From an uncultured Bacteroidaceae bacterium (GTDB lineage: Bacteria; Bacteroidota; Bacteroidia; Bacteroidales; Bacteroidaceae): a stretch of DNA of 64,000 nt. Positions 18,876 to 28,602 of the stretch are shown here, piece after piece. The translations under genes were made by a program, and so were the position numbers. The notes beneath the pieces were generated by a model, which had not been told where the DNA came from, searched no databases, and saw nothing but the letters and a program-made list of their open reading frames with translations. Numbering within the stretch: the first letter of the stretch is position 1; each line of letters begins with the position of its first letter. The stretch covers positions 4,245 to 68,244 of the forward strand of contig CAYRFX010000002.1 in the NCBI GenBank assembly GCA_964423665.1, read 5' to 3'.

Positions 18876-21331
18876 CAGAGATTCTGAAAGCAGAACACAT
18901 AGGGACACATGCAGAATACGTTGTCTCGCGCCTGCTCACCGACAGCCGTTCACTCGGATTCCCCGAGGAGACACTCTTTTTTGCCATCAAGACCAAGCAT
19001 GGCGATGGAAAGCAGTTTATCGAAGAGCTGTACAAGCGCGGTGTGAAAAATTTTGTAGTGGAAAGCAATAAAAACATTACCCTGTACCCCGATGCAAACT
19101 TTCTTGTTGTAAACAACAGCATAAACGCGCTGCAACGCCTGGCAACCCACCACCGCAAGCAGTTCAACATTCCCGTTGTGGGAATTACAGGCAGTGATGG
19201 AAAAACCATCGTTAAAGAGTGGCTCTATCACCTAACTGCCGCAAACTACATGGTAACCCGCTCGCCACGTAGCTACAACTCGCAGATAGGCGTGCCGTTA
19301 TCGGTGTGGCAACTCGGCGAGGAGAGCACATTGGGAATATTTGAAGCAGGAATATCACAACCACGGGAGATGGACAACCTGCAACGCATAATAACCCCCA
19401 CAATAGGTATTATAACAAATATCAGCGTGGCGCATCAGGAGAACTTCAGCACCATGCAGGAGAAGTGCCGCGAAAAACTCGCACTCTTCAAAGGCTGCGA
19501 TATCGTTATATACAATGCCGACAATCCATTGATTTCCGGCTGCATAAACCAGGTATTGCTGCCCTCGCGCGAAATTGCATGGTCGCAAAAGGACCCGGAA
19601 AGGGCTCTGTTTATAAAAGCCATAGAAAAGGAGGAAGAAGGGACAACCATAAGATATCGTTATCTTGCGTTCGACAACAGCTATCGCATACCCTTCCTCG
19701 ACGACGCCTCCATTGAGGACTCAATAAACTGCCTTGCCGCAGCCCTTTATCTGATGATACCCCCTGAAACCATTGCCCTGCGCATGGCACAGTTAGAGCC
19801 TGTTGCTATGCGCCTGGAGGTGAAAGAGGGGAAAAACGGCTGCATGCTCATCAACGACAGCTACAATGCCGACACCGCATCACTCGACATTGCACTCGAC
19901 TTCATGAAACGCCGCTGCAGCACCCTGCCTCATCTGAAAAAAACACTCATACTATCGGACATTAAACAGACAGGGCTTGCCACACGCGCTCTTTACGCCA
20001 CTGTTGCACAATATGTTACCCACCACAGAATTGACAAATTCATAGGTATAGGAAAAGATATTTCAAGCGAGAAAGAGCGTTTGAAAAAGATGAACTGCGA
20101 ATTACACCTGTTTGACACAAGTGATGAATTCCTGCACAGCGAGCAACTGCACAACTTTACAAATGAGATAATCCTTATCAAAGGTGCCCGCGCCTTCCAT
20201 TTTGAAGATATAACAGAGGCGCTTGAAAAGAAGGTGCACCAAACTATTCTCGAGGTAAACCTGAGCGCCTTGCGCGACAACCTCAACCACTACCGCAACA
20301 ACCTGTCGCCCGATACAAAGACAATATGCATGGTAAAAGCATCGGCATACGGAGCCGGAGCAATGGAGGTTGCACGCACATTGCAGGATTGCCGTGTAGA
20401 TTATCTCGCCGTTGCCGTTGCCGACGAGGGAGCCGAACTGCGCAAAGCCGGCATCACCACAGGAATAATTGTGATGAACCCCGAACCCGGCACGGTGCGC
20501 ACACTTTTTGACAACAAGCTGGAACCCGAGGTTTACAGTTTCGGCATGTTGCGCATGCTGGCACAGGCAGCCTGCCGCGAAGGAATAACAGACTACCCTA
20601 TACACATAAAGATAGATACCGGAATGCACCGTTTGGGTTTTCTCCCAAGCGAGATACCGGCTCTGATAGAGGAGTTGAAAAAGCAGAATTCGCTCACGCC
20701 ACGCTCGGTATTCTCTCACTTTGTGGGCAGCGACAGCGACCGCTTCGACTCTTTTTCAAGAGAACAAATAAAGCGGTTCGAGCAAGCGAGCAGCATGCTC
20801 CAAGCCGCGTTCAAGCATAAGATTCTGCGCCACATTTGCAACAGCGCAGGAGCTGAACGTTTCACAGATGTACAATACGAGGCTGTACGCCTGGGAATAG
20901 GGCTTTATGGAGTTTCACCTATGGGGAACGATGCCACATTGCGCCCCATCTCCACACTCAAAACCATCATATTGCAGATACACGATGTTCCAGCCGACGA
21001 AACAGTGGGATACAGCCGCAAAGGAGAGTTGCAACGCCCATCACGCATCGCGGCATTACCCATAGGATACGCCGACGGGCTCAATCGGCACTTGGGCAAT
21101 CGACACGGATATTGCCTCATAAACGGCAAAGCCGCATCTTATGTGGGCAATATATGCATGGATGTATGCATGGTAGATGTAACCGATATCGACTGCCACG
21201 AAGGTGATGTTGTGGAGATTTTCGGCACAAATCTATCGGTAGAAACTGTTGCCGGCTGGTTAGACACCATACCCTACGAGGTGCTTACCGCCGTCTCCAC
21301 CCGAATCAAAAGAATATATTTCAGTGATTAA
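18851..21331 (+). CDS. Bifunctional UDP-N-acetylmuramoyl-tripeptide--D-alanyl-D-alanine ligase / alanine racemase
   Basis: The N-terminal half has the Mur ligase P-loop VGITGSDGKT. The C-terminal half has the alanine racemase PLP-lysine motif MVKASAYGAG and a typical C-terminus (YEVLTAVSTRIKRIY). It overlaps the GSCFA gene by 25 nt. Confidence 0.88.
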   Translation: MQYTIEQITEILKAEHIGTHAEYVVSRLLTDSRSLGFPEETLFFAIKTKHGDGKQFIEELYKRGVKNFVVESNKNITLYPDANFLVVNNSINALQRLATHHRKQFNIPVVGITGSDGKTIVKEWLYHLTAANYMVTRSPRSYNSQIGVPLSVWQLGEESTLGIFEAGISQPREMDNLQRIITPTIGIITNISVAHQENFSTMQEKCREKLALFKGCDIVIYNADNPLISGCINQVLLPSREIAWSQKDPERALFIKAIEKEEEGTTIRYRYLAFDNSYRIPFLDDASIEDSINCLAAALYLMIPPETIALRMAQLEPVAMRLEVKEGKNGCMLINDSYNADTASLDIALDFMKRRCSTLPHLKKTLILSDIKQTGLATRALYATVAQYVTHHRIDKFIGIGKDISSEKERLKKMNCELHLFDTSDEFLHSEQLHNFTNEIILIKGARAFHFEDITEALEKKVHQTILEVNLSALRDNLNHYRNNLSPDTKTICMVKASAYGAGAMEVARTLQDCRVDYLAVAVADEGAELRKAGITTGIIVMNPEPGTVRTLFDNKLEPEVYSFGMLRMLAQAACREGITDYPIHIKIDTGMHRLGFLPSEIPALIEELKKQNSLTPRSVFSHFVGSDSDRFDSFSREQIKRFEQASSMLQAAFKHKILRHICNSAGAERFTDVQYEAVRLGIGLYGVSPMGNDATLRPISTLKTIILQIHDVPADETVGYSRKGELQRPSRIAALPIGYADGLNRHLGNRHGYCLINGKAASYVGNICMDVCMVDVTDIDCHEGDVVEIFGTNLSVETVAGWLDTIPYEVLTAVSTRIKRIYFSD

Positions 21332-21339
21332 GAGCAAGC

Positions 21340-21390
21340 AATAACAAAGACGAAGCGCATCAAGAAAAGAAGCGCTTCGTCTTTGTTATT
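21340..21390. terminator. Bidirectional hairpin terminator between convergent genes
   Basis: A perfect 19-bp stem (21340-21358 / 21372-21390) between the murF-alr stop (21331) and the transporter stop (21392). Confidence 0.7.
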
Positions 21391-21391
21391 A

Positions 21392-22738
21392 TCAAATAAT
21401 TCCAAGATTCTTAACGAAGATATATAAAATGAGCAAGGGAGTTATAAATCGCAACATAAACACAATCACCGGGATTAGGCGACTCTTTACAGTGCCGTAG
21501 TTGCTCATCTCGTCTCCCATAAAATTTCGTTTCATAACCCACGAAACAAATATACAGGTGAACATTGCACCAAGCGGCATAAGGATATTAGCCGTGAGGT
21601 TGTCAAACACATCGACAAACGTAAGCCCCTCTATCTTTATTCCAAGAAAATCTATATCAAAGACACATAGCACTGTGAGCACGCTCAACGCAATAGATAT
21701 TGCCGATGTGATGCGCGCACCCCACTTGCGGGTGAGCTTGAACTCCTCCACAAAATAGGCTGTCAGAACCTCATGAAAGGAGATTGTAGAGGTGAGCGAA
21801 GCAAGCGTTACCAATATAAAAAAGACTGCCGACCACAGAGCTGCAAGCGGCATACCCTTAAATATCTCGGGCAGGGTAACAAATATAAGCGAAGGGCCCT
21901 CTGCCGGCTGCAGCCCCGCGCTGAACACTGCCGGGAATATCACAAGACCCGCAAGAACAGAGACGAGCAATGTGAGCAGCGACACATTCATTGATGTGGA
22001 TATAAGATTATTATCCTTTTTGAAGTACGAGGCATAGGTAACCATGCAGCCCATGCCCACCGACAGCGAGAAGAACGCCTGCCCTATCGCCATCATGATG
22101 GTCTCGGGTGCAAACGCCTCCTTGAAGTTGGGAGAGAGGAAAAAGCGATAACCCTCAATGGAATTGGGCATGAACGCCACCCTCACTGCCATTACTATAA
22201 GTATCACAAAGAGAGCCGGCATCATTATACGCGACGCCTTTTCAATCCCCTTTTCCACACCGCGCGCAACAATAACGTGCGTGAGCAAAATAAACACAAC
22301 GGCATAGAAGAGAGGACGCCACGAGGCTTGAAACTCGGCAAACTGTTCCGTGAACGAGGCGGGAGAGCTATACAGAATATTTGTCGCCGAACTCACAAGA
22401 TACTCCAACGACCAACCGGCTATAATATAATAGTAGCCCGAGATGAGCAATGCGCCAAGCACCCCGTTATAACCCAGCCAGCTCCATCTCTTCGACAGCT
22501 GGCGATAGGCTCCCACTGCATTCTTTCTGGAATTTCTACCAACGGCAAATTCAGCAATCATGGCAGGGATTCCCACAGCAAAGACGCTTATCAGAAACAC
22601 CAGCAAGAAAGCCGCACCGCCATGCTTGCCGGCAATATATGGAAAACGCCATATAGCTCCAAGACCGATGGCACTTCCCGCGGCAACCAGTATAACACTC
22701 AATTTGCCCCCGAATGAGGCTCTTTTATCTTCACTCAT
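21392..22738 (-). CDS. Sodium-dependent transporter, neurotransmitter:sodium symporter (SNF) family
   Basis: 448 aa, polytopic, with the N-terminal signature AAGSAIGLGAIWRFPYIAGKHGGAAFL. Confidence 0.9.
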   Translation of the reverse strand: MSEDKRASFGGKLSVILVAAGSAIGLGAIWRFPYIAGKHGGAAFLLVFLISVFAVGIPAMIAEFAVGRNSRKNAVGAYRQLSKRWSWLGYNGVLGALLISGYYYIIAGWSLEYLVSSATNILYSSPASFTEQFAEFQASWRPLFYAVVFILLTHVIVARGVEKGIEKASRIMMPALFVILIVMAVRVAFMPNSIEGYRFFLSPNFKEAFAPETIMMAIGQAFFSLSVGMGCMVTYASYFKKDNNLISTSMNVSLLTLLVSVLAGLVIFPAVFSAGLQPAEGPSLIFVTLPEIFKGMPLAALWSAVFFILVTLASLTSTISFHEVLTAYFVEEFKLTRKWGARITSAISIALSVLTVLCVFDIDFLGIKIEGLTFVDVFDNLTANILMPLGAMFTCIFVSWVMKRNFMGDEMSNYGTVKSRLIPVIVFMLRFITPLLILYIFVKNLGII

Positions 22739-22783
22739 AGTTCTTTTTCATTAAATTAGAGCGCGAAAATAATAAAAAAGAAC

Positions 22784-22831
22784 GGTATAACAAAATTGTA
22801 GCGGGAAGCCCCGCTACAATTTTGTTATACC
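22784..22831 (-). terminator. Hairpin terminator overlapping the ddh stop codon
   Basis: A perfect 22-bp stem (22784-22805 / 22810-22831) with a 4-nt loop and a T-rich tract downstream on the minus strand. Confidence 0.65.
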
Positions 22832-23724
22832 AGATGTGCTATCAAATCTTCACGATCGCCATACAGCAAATCAATTATCGGCACCTCTATCATTGTGTAG
22901 CAACCCGGCTGCAAGCGCATGGTAGCACGCGCGCAACACACAAGCACCTGGGCTGTGAGTGCAGGGTTGTTTATCTTCATATTAAACTCGAACAGCTGGT
23001 TCTGAGTGGTGCCGGAAACGCCTTTGCGTGTGAGATTCACGCCATGCCCCATATCAAGCAGTTCATCTACACAGGGAACCTGCATCACATGCGTCTCGTC
23101 GTTCACAAAATAAGGGTCTGCCTTTATAGACGCTGCCACCTGTGCAAACTCATAGCCATCTTCAATCTCAACATACACCATGCGGCGATGAATACCGGTA
23201 CCCACTGGAATTGTCATTGAAAGGGCAGCCTTCACGCCCTCCACAGCCTTGACAGCCACAGTGTGCCCCATGCTCATTCCGGGCCCGAAGTTTGTATATG
23301 TGATACCCTTGGGAGCTATCGCCTGCAAAAGCGCGCGTATAACAGAGTCGCTGCCCGGATCCCAGCCTGCCGAGATTATAGACACGGCATTACCCGCGCA
23401 GGCACTTTCTGTGAGTGAGCGGCGCAAATCTACAATCTTGGAGTGAATATCGAAACTATCCACGGTGTTTATACCGAGCGCGAGAATATCCTTTGCATAT
23501 CTTTCGACACTGCGGGTGGGAGTTGAGAGAATTGCAACATCAACATCACCAAGCTCGCGTATATCCTTCACCACATTGTACCCTGCAAGTTCTGCGGGCA
23601 GGTTCTCTGCCCCTGAACGACGCACCACGCCTGCCACCTCAAAATCGGGGGCTGCACAAAGTGCCTGCAAGGTGTATTTTCCAATATTGCCATATCCCAC
23701 TATGGCTGCTCTAATCTTTCTCAT
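22825..23724 (-). CDS. ddh: meso-Diaminopimelate D-dehydrogenase
   Basis: 299 aa with an N-terminal Rossmann motif [16 protein letters not shown]. Size and sequence pattern match Ddh of Bacteroidales as I recall it. Confidence 0.8.
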   Translation of the reverse strand: MRKIRAAIVGYGNIGKYTLQALCAAPDFEVAGVVRRSGAENLPAELAGYNVVKDIRELGDVDVAILSTPTRSVERYAKDILALGINTVDSFDIHSKIVDLRRSLTESACAGNAVSIISAGWDPGSDSVIRALLQAIAPKGITYTNFGPGMSMGHTVAVKAVEGVKAALSMTIPVGTGIHRRMVYVEIEDGYEFAQVAASIKADPYFVNDETHVMQVPCVDELLDMGHGVNLTRKGVSGTTQNQLFEFNMKINNPALTAQVLVCCARATMRLQPGCYTMIEVPIIDLLYGDREDLIAHLV

Positions 23725-23834
23725 TTTTTATTCTGTTTTGTTGTTGCGAAGATATAAAAAACTCATTTTTTATATTCTATCTAAGGGCTCTTTTTTTATC
23801 TCGAGAGGTAAAAAAATCACTAATAAAAGAAAAA

Positions 23835-23861
23835 AGCCGTTGAACGCAATGTTCAACGGCT
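23835..23861 (-). terminator. Rho-independent terminator after pnp
   Basis: An 11-bp stem (agccgttgaac / gttcaacggct) followed on the minus strand by TTTTTTCTTTT. Confidence 0.7.
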
Positions 23862-23867
23862 TCTGTA

Positions 23868-26039
23868 TTATGCCTGTGGGCGACGGGGCTCGCGACGGGG
23901 ACGACGCTCACGCTCCTCATAACCCTCGGGTTTCTCTATCAACGCCTTGCGAGAGAGCTTGAATTTGCCGGTCTTGGGGTCAATCTCCACAAGTTTCACT
24001 TGCAGTTTATCGCCCTCCTTTATACCGGCCTCTTCCATTGTCTCGAAGCGTTTCCAATCAATCTCTGAGATGTGCAACAGACCATCTTTGCCGGGCATAA
24101 ACTCAACGAATGCACCATAAGGCATCACGCTGCGCACGGTACCCTCGTAAACCTCACCGGCCTCGGGGATTGCAACGATTGCTTTGATTTTTGCAATAGC
24201 CTCGTTGATTGCATTGCCGTTGTTTGCAGCAATCTCAATGATACCCTCGCCATCAACCTCCTCAATAGAGATTGTAGCACCGGTCTCCTCCTGCATACCC
24301 TGGATAATCTTTCCGCCGGGGCCGATAACAGCACCGATGAACTCTTTGGGAATGCGCATGGTCTCAATGCGGGGAGCATGGGGCTTGAGCTCTGCACGAG
24401 GCTCAGCGATGCACTCAGTAATCTTACCAAGGATGTGCATACGACCCTCGCGTGCCTGATTCAAAGCCTTCTCAAGAATCTCGTATGAAAGACCATCAAC
24501 CTTAATATCCATCTGAGTAGCAGTGATACCATCAACGGTTCCTGTTACTTTGAAGTCCATATCTCCCAAGTGGTCCTCGTCGCCAAGGATATCGCTGAGC
24601 ACAGCATATTTCTCCTCACCGGCATTCTTTATAAGACCCATTGCAATACCCGAAACAGGTTTCTTAATCTTAACACCGGCGTCCATGAGTGCAAGAGTAC
24701 CTGCACAAACGGTTGCCATTGAAGAAGAGCCGTTAGACTCTAAGATATCCGATACCACGCGCACGCAATAGGGATAATCGGCAGGAATCATATTCTTGAG
24801 GGCACGGCAAGCAAGGTTACCATGACCTATCTCGCGACGACCTACACCGCGCTGTGCGCGAGCCTCACCTGTTGAGAAGGGAGGGAAGTTGTAGTGAAGG
24901 AGGAAACGCTCGGTACCCTGATTCATAACCTCGTCTATAATCTTCTCGTCACGCTTTGTGCCAAGAGTTACGGTTGTGAGCGACTGAGTCTCGCCACGGG
25001 TAAATACCGCCGAGCCGTGAGGACCGGGAAGATAACCCGCCTCGCACCAGATGGGACGAATCTCTGTTGTCTTGCGACCATCGAGACGCTTGCCCTCGTC
25101 AAGGATACAACGGCGCATAGCCTCTTTCTCCACATCGTGGTAGTAACGATCGATGAGCGCACCTTTCTCCTCGAGTTCCTCCTCGGTGAACTGTGCCTTG
25201 AACTCCTCTTTTATTGCATCGAAAGCTGCTGCACGACCATGCTTGTCGTTATTGCCGCTTGCTGCAACTGCATAAGCCTTTGCATAGCAAGCCTCGTGAA
25301 CCTGTGAGCGGAGCTCCTCGTCGTTCACCTCGTGGCAATACTCACGTTTAACGGTCTTGCCAACCTCTTCCATAAGTTCCAACTGAGCCTTGCAATGAAC
25401 CTTGATAGCCTCGTGAGCCACCTTCATTGCTTCCAAGAGGTCTGCCTCTGAAACCTCCTTCATCTCACCCTCAACCATCATGATGTTGTCATAGGTTGCA
25501 GCTACCATAATATCCATGTCGGCATTCTCGAGCTGAGCGAATGTGGGGTTCACCACAAACTCACCGCCGATGCGTGCAACACGCACCTCAGAGATGGGGC
25601 CACCGAAAGGAATATCGGACACAGCAAGAGCCGCAGATGCAGCAAGACCTGCAAGAGCGTCGGGCATATCAACACCGTCTGCTGAGAAAAGAACGATATT
25701 CACATAAACCTCGGCATGATAGTTGTCGGGGAAAAGGGGACGCAAAGCGCGATCTACAAGGCGGCAGGTCAGTATCTCATAATCCGAAGCCTTGCCCTCA
25801 CGACGGGTGAAACCGCCGGGGAAACGACCAAATGAAGCATATTTCTCTTTATACTCTACCTGCAAAGGCATAAAATCGGTGCCGGGAACAGCGTCTTTCG
25901 CTGCACACACGGTCGCCAACAACATTGTGTTGCCCAAGCGCAGCATCACAGAGCCATCGGCCTGCTTAGCAAGCTTACCGGTCTCAATGGTGATAACGCG
26001 ACCATCGGGCAAAGCCACATTCTTTGTTACAACATTCAT
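23868..26039 (-). CDS. pnp: Polyribonucleotide nucleotidyltransferase (PNPase)
   Basis: [31 protein letters not shown]..., two RNase PH-like cores, KH ([15 protein letters not shown]) and S1 ([20 protein letters not shown]). The 60 codons upstream of ATG 26039 in the tracked ORF are not PNPase-like. Confidence 0.95.
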   Translation of the reverse strand: MNVVTKNVALPDGRVITIETGKLAKQADGSVMLRLGNTMLLATVCAAKDAVPGTDFMPLQVEYKEKYASFGRFPGGFTRREGKASDYEILTCRLVDRALRPLFPDNYHAEVYVNIVLFSADGVDMPDALAGLAASAALAVSDIPFGGPISEVRVARIGGEFVVNPTFAQLENADMDIMVAATYDNIMMVEGEMKEVSEADLLEAMKVAHEAIKVHCKAQLELMEEVGKTVKREYCHEVNDEELRSQVHEACYAKAYAVAASGNNDKHGRAAAFDAIKEEFKAQFTEEELEEKGALIDRYYHDVEKEAMRRCILDEGKRLDGRKTTEIRPIWCEAGYLPGPHGSAVFTRGETQSLTTVTLGTKRDEKIIDEVMNQGTERFLLHYNFPPFSTGEARAQRGVGRREIGHGNLACRALKNMIPADYPYCVRVVSDILESNGSSSMATVCAGTLALMDAGVKIKKPVSGIAMGLIKNAGEEKYAVLSDILGDEDHLGDMDFKVTGTVDGITATQMDIKVDGLSYEILEKALNQAREGRMHILGKITECIAEPRAELKPHAPRIETMRIPKEFIGAVIGPGGKIIQGMQEETGATISIEEVDGEGIIEIAANNGNAINEAIAKIKAIVAIPEAGEVYEGTVRSVMPYGAFVEFMPGKDGLLHISEIDWKRFETMEEAGIKEGDKLQVKLVEIDPKTGKFKLSRKALIEKPEGYEERERRPRREPRRPQA

Positions 26040-26079
26040 CTTTTTTATCTGTTTATTATTTTTTATTTCTAAATTCTCG

Positions 26080-26087
26080 CAAAGATA
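26080..26087 (-). promoter_or_regulatory. Candidate -7 box (TATCTTTG) for pnp
   Basis: Exact TAnnTTTG on the minus strand, 41 nt upstream of the pnp ATG. Confidence 0.45.
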
Positions 26088-26108
26088 AATAAATTTCCAC
26101 ATTTTAAC

Positions 26109-26116
26109 TATCTTTG
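26109..26116 (+). promoter_or_regulatory. Candidate -7 box (TATCTTTG) for the TlpA-like gene
   Basis: Exact TAnnTTTG 22 nt upstream of ATG 26138, divergent from the pnp promoter. Confidence 0.45.
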
Positions 26117-26137
26117 CCCACACATTTTTATAAAAAT

Positions 26138-27316
26138 ATGAATATTTCACGCATAAACGGAATAAGAATGGTGCTTTTTGCAGGAATAGCCGCAATGCTT
26201 GGTGCCTGCCGGCAGGCACCGCAATTCACCATTGAAGGAGAGATTAAAGGGAGCGAAGGCAAGATGCTCTATTTGTCCAACATAGGCATCGACAAGAGCG
26301 TAAAGAAAGATTCTGTAAAGATGGGCAGAGACGGCAAATTCCGTTTCCACCACCCACGCCCCGAGTGCTACGATTTTTATGCCCTGCAACTGCAAGGCAG
26401 CGGCAGGCGCATAACTGTTGCCATAGACAGCACCGAAACTGTAAAAATCACAACCACCGCCACCAACTTTGCCGACAGCTGCAAGATTGAAGGCTCGCCC
26501 GAGAGCCTGCGCATACAGGAGCTGGCAACACTTGAACAGTCCCTGCAACAACAGGTGAACGCCCTTATAAAGAACAGCACACCCGCATACGGCGAAACAA
26601 AAGAAAGGATATACACCCTCATAGGCGAGTTCAAGAGAAACATCTTCAAGCAATACATTGCATCTGCCCCGCACAAAGCAAGCGCATACTACGCACTGTT
26701 CTTAAGGCTCAACGGCGAGCCGCTGTTCATACCCACAGCCAACCGCTTCGACAGCCACTGCTTTGCAGCCGTTGCCACCAGCCTCCACGGGAACGCACCT
26801 CACGCAACGCGCGCAATACATCTTTATAATATTGCATCAAAGGGCATGGCAGCCACACGCCCCGTTGCACCCCGCGACACAATAGACATTAACAGCAAGG
26901 AGATTGAAAGAATAGGGCTGTACGACATAAAACTGCCCAATATCTACGGAGACTCCATAAGCCTGCGTTCCCTCAAAGGCAAAGTGGTGCTGCTCGACTT
27001 TACCATTTACAGCAACGCCGATATAAGCAGCCGCAACATCAGATTACGCGAGATATACAGCAAATACCACGACAGAGGGTTCGAGGTCTATCAGGTATCT
27101 TTTGACAGGAACGAGAGTTTTTGGAACAACTCTGCCGACAAGCTACCGTGGATATGCGTGCACGACGGGGAGGGAGAGACATCGCAAAACATCTTGCTCT
27201 ACAACCTGCAATCGTTGCCCACATACTATTTGATAAACCGCGACAACGAACTTGTTGCTCGCGACAACCAAATAGAAGACCTGGAAGCAAGCATAGAAGA
27301 ATTGTTGAAAAATTAA
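26138..27316 (+). CDS. DUF4369-type N-domain plus thioredoxin-fold (TlpA/AhpC-TSA-like) lipoprotein lacking the CxxC motif
   Basis: Lipoprotein signal [24 protein letters not shown]. The thioredoxin-fold block reads [44 protein letters not shown], whereas canonical members have WASWCxPC at the TIYSNADI position. Confidence 0.7.
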   Translation: MNISRINGIRMVLFAGIAAMLGACRQAPQFTIEGEIKGSEGKMLYLSNIGIDKSVKKDSVKMGRDGKFRFHHPRPECYDFYALQLQGSGRRITVAIDSTETVKITTTATNFADSCKIEGSPESLRIQELATLEQSLQQQVNALIKNSTPAYGETKERIYTLIGEFKRNIFKQYIASAPHKASAYYALFLRLNGEPLFIPTANRFDSHCFAAVATSLHGNAPHATRAIHLYNIASKGMAATRPVAPRDTIDINSKEIERIGLYDIKLPNIYGDSISLRSLKGKVVLLDFTIYSNADISSRNIRLREIYSKYHDRGFEVYQVSFDRNESFWNNSADKLPWICVHDGEGETSQNILLYNLQSLPTYYLINRDNELVARDNQIEDLEASIEELLKN

Positions 27317-27410
27317 AAAAAGGTGCAAAAGCCCTCTGAAAAAAGATGTTAAGTAAAAAATATAAAAGTAAAATTTTTCACTTTTAATTTGCTTTTCAAT
27401 TTTTAAGAGC

Positions 27411-27418
27411 TATCTTTG
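27411..27418 (+). promoter_or_regulatory. Candidate -7 box (TATCTTTG) for greA
   Basis: Exact TAnnTTTG 90 nt upstream of the greA ATG. Confidence 0.4.
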
Positions 27419-27442
27419 CAAGCACAACAAAGAGATTTTGGG

Positions 27443-27482
27443 TTCCGGCATTCGTGCCGGAATCCTTTGTTTTACTATTTTT
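27443..27482 (+). promoter_or_regulatory. Leader hairpin plus T-rich tract between the candidate promoter and greA
   Basis: An 8-bp GC-rich stem ttccggca/tgccggaa (27443-27450 / 27455-27462) with a ttcg loop, followed by tcctttgttttactattttt. Confidence 0.4.
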
Positions 27483-27507
27483 CAAAAACCATATAAAAAT
27501 ATAAGAG

Positions 27508-27969
27508 ATGGGTTATATGTCCGAAGAGGGCTACAAGAAACTGTTAGCCGATTTAAAAGAGTTAGAGGCGAAACGCCCCGAGATTGTTCGTCAAATTGCA
27601 GAAGCACGCGACAAAGGCGACCTTTCGGAGAACGCAGAGTATGATGCAGCAAAAGAGGCACAGGGACTGTTGGAGATGAAGATCAACGAACTCAAAATGA
27701 TTATTGCCGACGCAAAAATCATCGACACCTCCAAGCTGAACACCGACAGTGTACAGGTGCTCACCAAAGTGAGTCTTAAGAACACCAAGACCGGTGCCAC
27801 AATGCAATACACCATCGTTCCCGAGAGCGAGGCAAACCTGCGCGAGGCAAAGATATCAATCAACACCCCCATTGCCAAGGGCTTGCTTGGCAAGAAAGTG
27901 GGCGATGTTGCCGAAATCACCGTACCCCAAGGAAAACTCTCCTTGGAGATTACAAACATTGAGTTCTAA
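27508..27969 (+). CDS. greA: Transcription elongation factor GreA
   Basis: EGYKKLLADLKELEAKRPEIVRQIAEARDKGDLSENAEYDAAKEAQ is the classic GreA coiled-coil N-terminus. Confidence 0.95.
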   Translation: MGYMSEEGYKKLLADLKELEAKRPEIVRQIAEARDKGDLSENAEYDAAKEAQGLLEMKINELKMIIADAKIIDTSKLNTDSVQVLTKVSLKNTKTGATMQYTIVPESEANLREAKISINTPIAKGLLGKKVGDVAEITVPQGKLSLEITNIEF

Positions 27970-27981
27970 GAACAGGAAGCC

Positions 27982-28380
27982 ATGGCAACAATATTCAGCA
28001 AAATAGTTGCAGGAGAAATTCCCAGCTACAAGGTGGCAGAGGACGAGCAGTTCTACGCCTTCCTCGATATAAACCCGCTGGCAAAGGGACACACCCTTGT
28101 AATTCCCAAGCGAGAGGTTGATTATTTCTTCGACCTCACAAACGAGGAGATAGGCGCAATGCAGATATTCGCCAAGAAGGTGGCAGAAGGCATCAAGCGC
28201 GCATACCCCTGCATTAAAGTGGGGCAAGCAGTATTAGGGCTTGAGGTGCCACACGCACACATTCACTTAGTACCGATGCAGAGCGAAAAAGACATGCTCT
28301 TCACAAACCCCAAACTAAAGCTCACCCCCGAAGAGTTTGCCGAGGTTGCCCAGGAGATACAAAACGAGATTGCCCGCTAA
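27982..28380 (+). CDS. HIT-family (histidine triad) nucleotide hydrolase
   Basis: IFSKIVAGEIPSYKV... and the histidine triad HAHIHLVP. Confidence 0.9.
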   Translation: MATIFSKIVAGEIPSYKVAEDEQFYAFLDINPLAKGHTLVIPKREVDYFFDLTNEEIGAMQIFAKKVAEGIKRAYPCIKVGQAVLGLEVPHAHIHLVPMQSEKDMLFTNPKLKLTPEEFAEVAQEIQNEIAR

Positions 28381-28398
28381 CGGCAATCTCGTTTTGTA
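28358..28398 (+). terminator. Hairpin terminator spanning the HIT gene stop
   Basis: A 17-bp stem (28358-28374 / 28382-28398) whose 7-nt loop contains the TAA stop. Confidence 0.55.
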
Positions 28399-28550
28399 TA
28401 ATAATCAAGCCTATAAATACACAGGAATAATGGTTTACCTGCAAGGGTGCGTACCTTTATGCAATTGCGCCACAATGCTGCGCAAAGAAATACAAAGAAC
28501 CCCAACTTTCACAGACAAGGGAAGCCACTGGAGACTGCACCAATAAAAAA

Positions 28551-28576
28551 CCCACTTCGAGCACGCTCGAAGTGGG
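28551..28576 (-). terminator. Rho-independent terminator after the LRR surface protein gene
   Basis: An 11-bp stem cccacttcgag/ctcgaagtggg with a 4-nt loop, followed on the minus strand by TTTTTTATTGG. Confidence 0.75.
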
Positions 28577-28602
28577 TTACCTTTATTTTACAACACCTAC
28601 GT

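Noticed and set aside
26040-26219. N-terminal extensions in tracked ORFs (pnp to 26219, LRR gene to 32946, CotH gene to 44751, dxs to 17715, cobB to 62474, rubredoxin to 61576, UbiA-family (MenA-like) prenyltransferase gene to 49319)
   Set aside because: The extensions start at GTG or TTG or run through promoter-like AT-rich DNA. An internal ATG gives the canonical N-terminus or signal peptide, so I moved the starts to that ATG.
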